Shown here piece by piece: positions 28,606 through 29,595 of a DNA stretch of 29,595 nucleotides; within the stretch, counting starts at the first letter, position 1; the number at the start of each line of letters is the position of its first letter. The notes below the pieces were generated by a model. The model did not search any database and was not told the origin of the DNA. It worked only from the letters and a program-made list of their open reading frames with translations. The position numbers and the translations under genes were made by a program. Origin of the DNA: an uncultured Acidobacteriota bacterium. GTDB lineage: Bacteria > Acidobacteriota > Thermoanaerobaculia > UBA5066 > Gp7-AA6. The DNA lies in contig CAVXTP010000004.1 of assembly GCA_963764715.1 (NCBI GenBank), forward strand, positions 1-29,595, given 5' to 3'.

Positions 28606-29557
28606 CCGGGAGGGCGTCAGCCGGGTGCGCGGACCTTAGGTGGCGGACGAGGCGGTCGAGCTGGCGGATCAATGCTTCGTCGGACGCGAGGCGGGCTTCC
28701 AGGCGCGCGAGAGGGCGGGTGAAGCTCGAGTCGTCGCGATGGAGCCGGCGGGCCATCCGGCGCACCGAGATGCGCCCGAAGCGGCGGCCGACGTAAGCGG
28801 CGAGGCACCGCGCGAACGCGACCTCGCCTCCTCGACCGGGTCCGGCGAGAGCGGCAGCGCTGATCCCGGTCTCGTGCGCGACGGCCTCCAGGACGCGGTC
28901 CTCGGTCAGGCCGAGGATCGGTGGATCGAGCTCCCCGGCGGCGGCGAATCGCTCGACTGCGAACGCCTCGTCGCCCACGACGGCCTGGGCGATGGCGGGC
29001 AGCTCGTCGGTGGCCGCCAGGCCGTCGACCAGCTCCACGTATCGCGCGACGGCGGCGCGGCGATTCGCGCCGAGCGCGGCCAGGGTCTCGTCGACATCGA
29101 GCCATCTCGGGCCGCGCGCGCGGCGCAGGTGACGGTCGCTCGACCAGGGATAGTCGCAGGCGCGGCGGGTGATCCCGGCACGCACGGGGTTCTGATGGAC
29201 GTAGCGGATGAGAGCCTGAAGGTACCGGTCCTCCTGGACGAGGCGGGACTTGTATCGACCCTGGAACAGATGGCCCACCCGGGCGTACCGGCGGTTGAAG
29301 AGCTGAGCATACGAGGACTGGAGGCAGGCCATGATCCTCGACAGCGGCGTCGCCGCGGTGCGAAGGGCGAGGTGGAAGTGGTTCGTCATCAGGCAGTAGG
29401 CGAGCAGGCGGAACCCGAACCGGTCGCGGCAACCAGCCAGCCGCTTCAGGAAGTCCTCGCGATCCCGATCGCTGCGAAAGATGTCGCGGCGCTCGTTTCC
29501 GCGAGCGGTCACGTGGTAGACGGCCCCGGGGAACTGCAGACGCGGCGGTCGCGGCAT
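28583..29557 (-). CDS. Y1 HUH transposase of the RAYT/TnpA-REP type with DnaA-domain-IV-like C-terminal HTH
   Basis: MPRPPR...YHVTARGN, AYCLMTNHFHL (HUH), GHLFQGRY, RYVHQNP (catalytic Tyr helix), YPWSS; C-terminal VLEAVAHETGIS...ARCLAAYVGRR...ISVRRMARRLHRDDSSF resembles Bac_DnaA_C. Confidence 0.92.
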   Translation of the reverse strand: MPRPPRLQFPGAVYHVTARGNERRDIFRSDRDREDFLKRLAGCRDRFGFRLLAYCLMTNHFHLALRTAATPLSRIMACLQSSYAQLFNRRYARVGHLFQGRYKSRLVQEDRYLQALIRYVHQNPVRAGITRRACDYPWSSDRHLRRARGPRWLDVDETLAALGANRRAAVARYVELVDGLAATDELPAIAQAVVGDEAFAVERFAAAGELDPPILGLTEDRVLEAVAHETGISAAALAGPGRGGEVAFARCLAAYVGRRFGRISVRRMARRLHRDDSSFTRPLARLEARLASDEALIRQLDRLVRHLRSAHPADALPANSANQD

Positions 29558-29595
29558 ATCAAGGCGCCTCTCTCCTTGAATTGTCGCGAGCCGGT

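Larger units (their letters stand above)
21037..29595. mobile_element. RAYT/HUH-associated cassette array (extends beyond the right edge)
   Basis: One intact and three broken Y1-HUH transposase sequences plus 16 near-complete GGGGTCAGTCYTGATTTGCTGATTTCG sites separating single-gene cargo units. Confidence 0.75.

Overview
High-GC bacterial DNA. Its gene content (GWxTD proteins, single-SLH secreted proteins, act-cta operon) suggests Acidobacteriota, possibly Thermoanaerobaculia; this is inference only. 1-10.1 kb (minus strand): an alternative complex III operon (actABCDEF, actG-like) running into SCO, caa3-type ctaC and the start of ctaD. The 0.5-2.6 kb part has clustered frameshifts that look like consensus errors. 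10.2-14.7 kb: four tandem, mosaic GWxTD-domain paralogues. 14.7-21 kb: a TVP38/VTT gene, a sigma54-type promoter with a small ORF and terminator, GTAG-type REPs, an SLH gene, an A-type Fe-S carrier and class II RNR nrdJ with an NrdR box. The main signal is at 21-29.6 kb, with an outlier at 16-17 kb. An intact Y1-HUH (RAYT/TnpA-REP-like) transposase with a DnaA-domain-IV-like C-terminus and three broken relatives sit among at least 18 near-complete copies (plus 3 partial) of an asymmetric ~27-bp site, GGGGTCAGTCYTGATTTGCTGATTTCG. These sites bound the transposase, supply its stop codon, and separate single-gene cargo units (five SLH genes or fragments, PhoD, a putative lipoprotein). Truncations, a 656-bp near-identical duplication and stuttered junctions all map to the GGGG end of the site. 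I read this as a candidate HUH-driven, integron-like gene-capture and shuffling array for cell-surface proteins; the mechanism is inferred, not shown.
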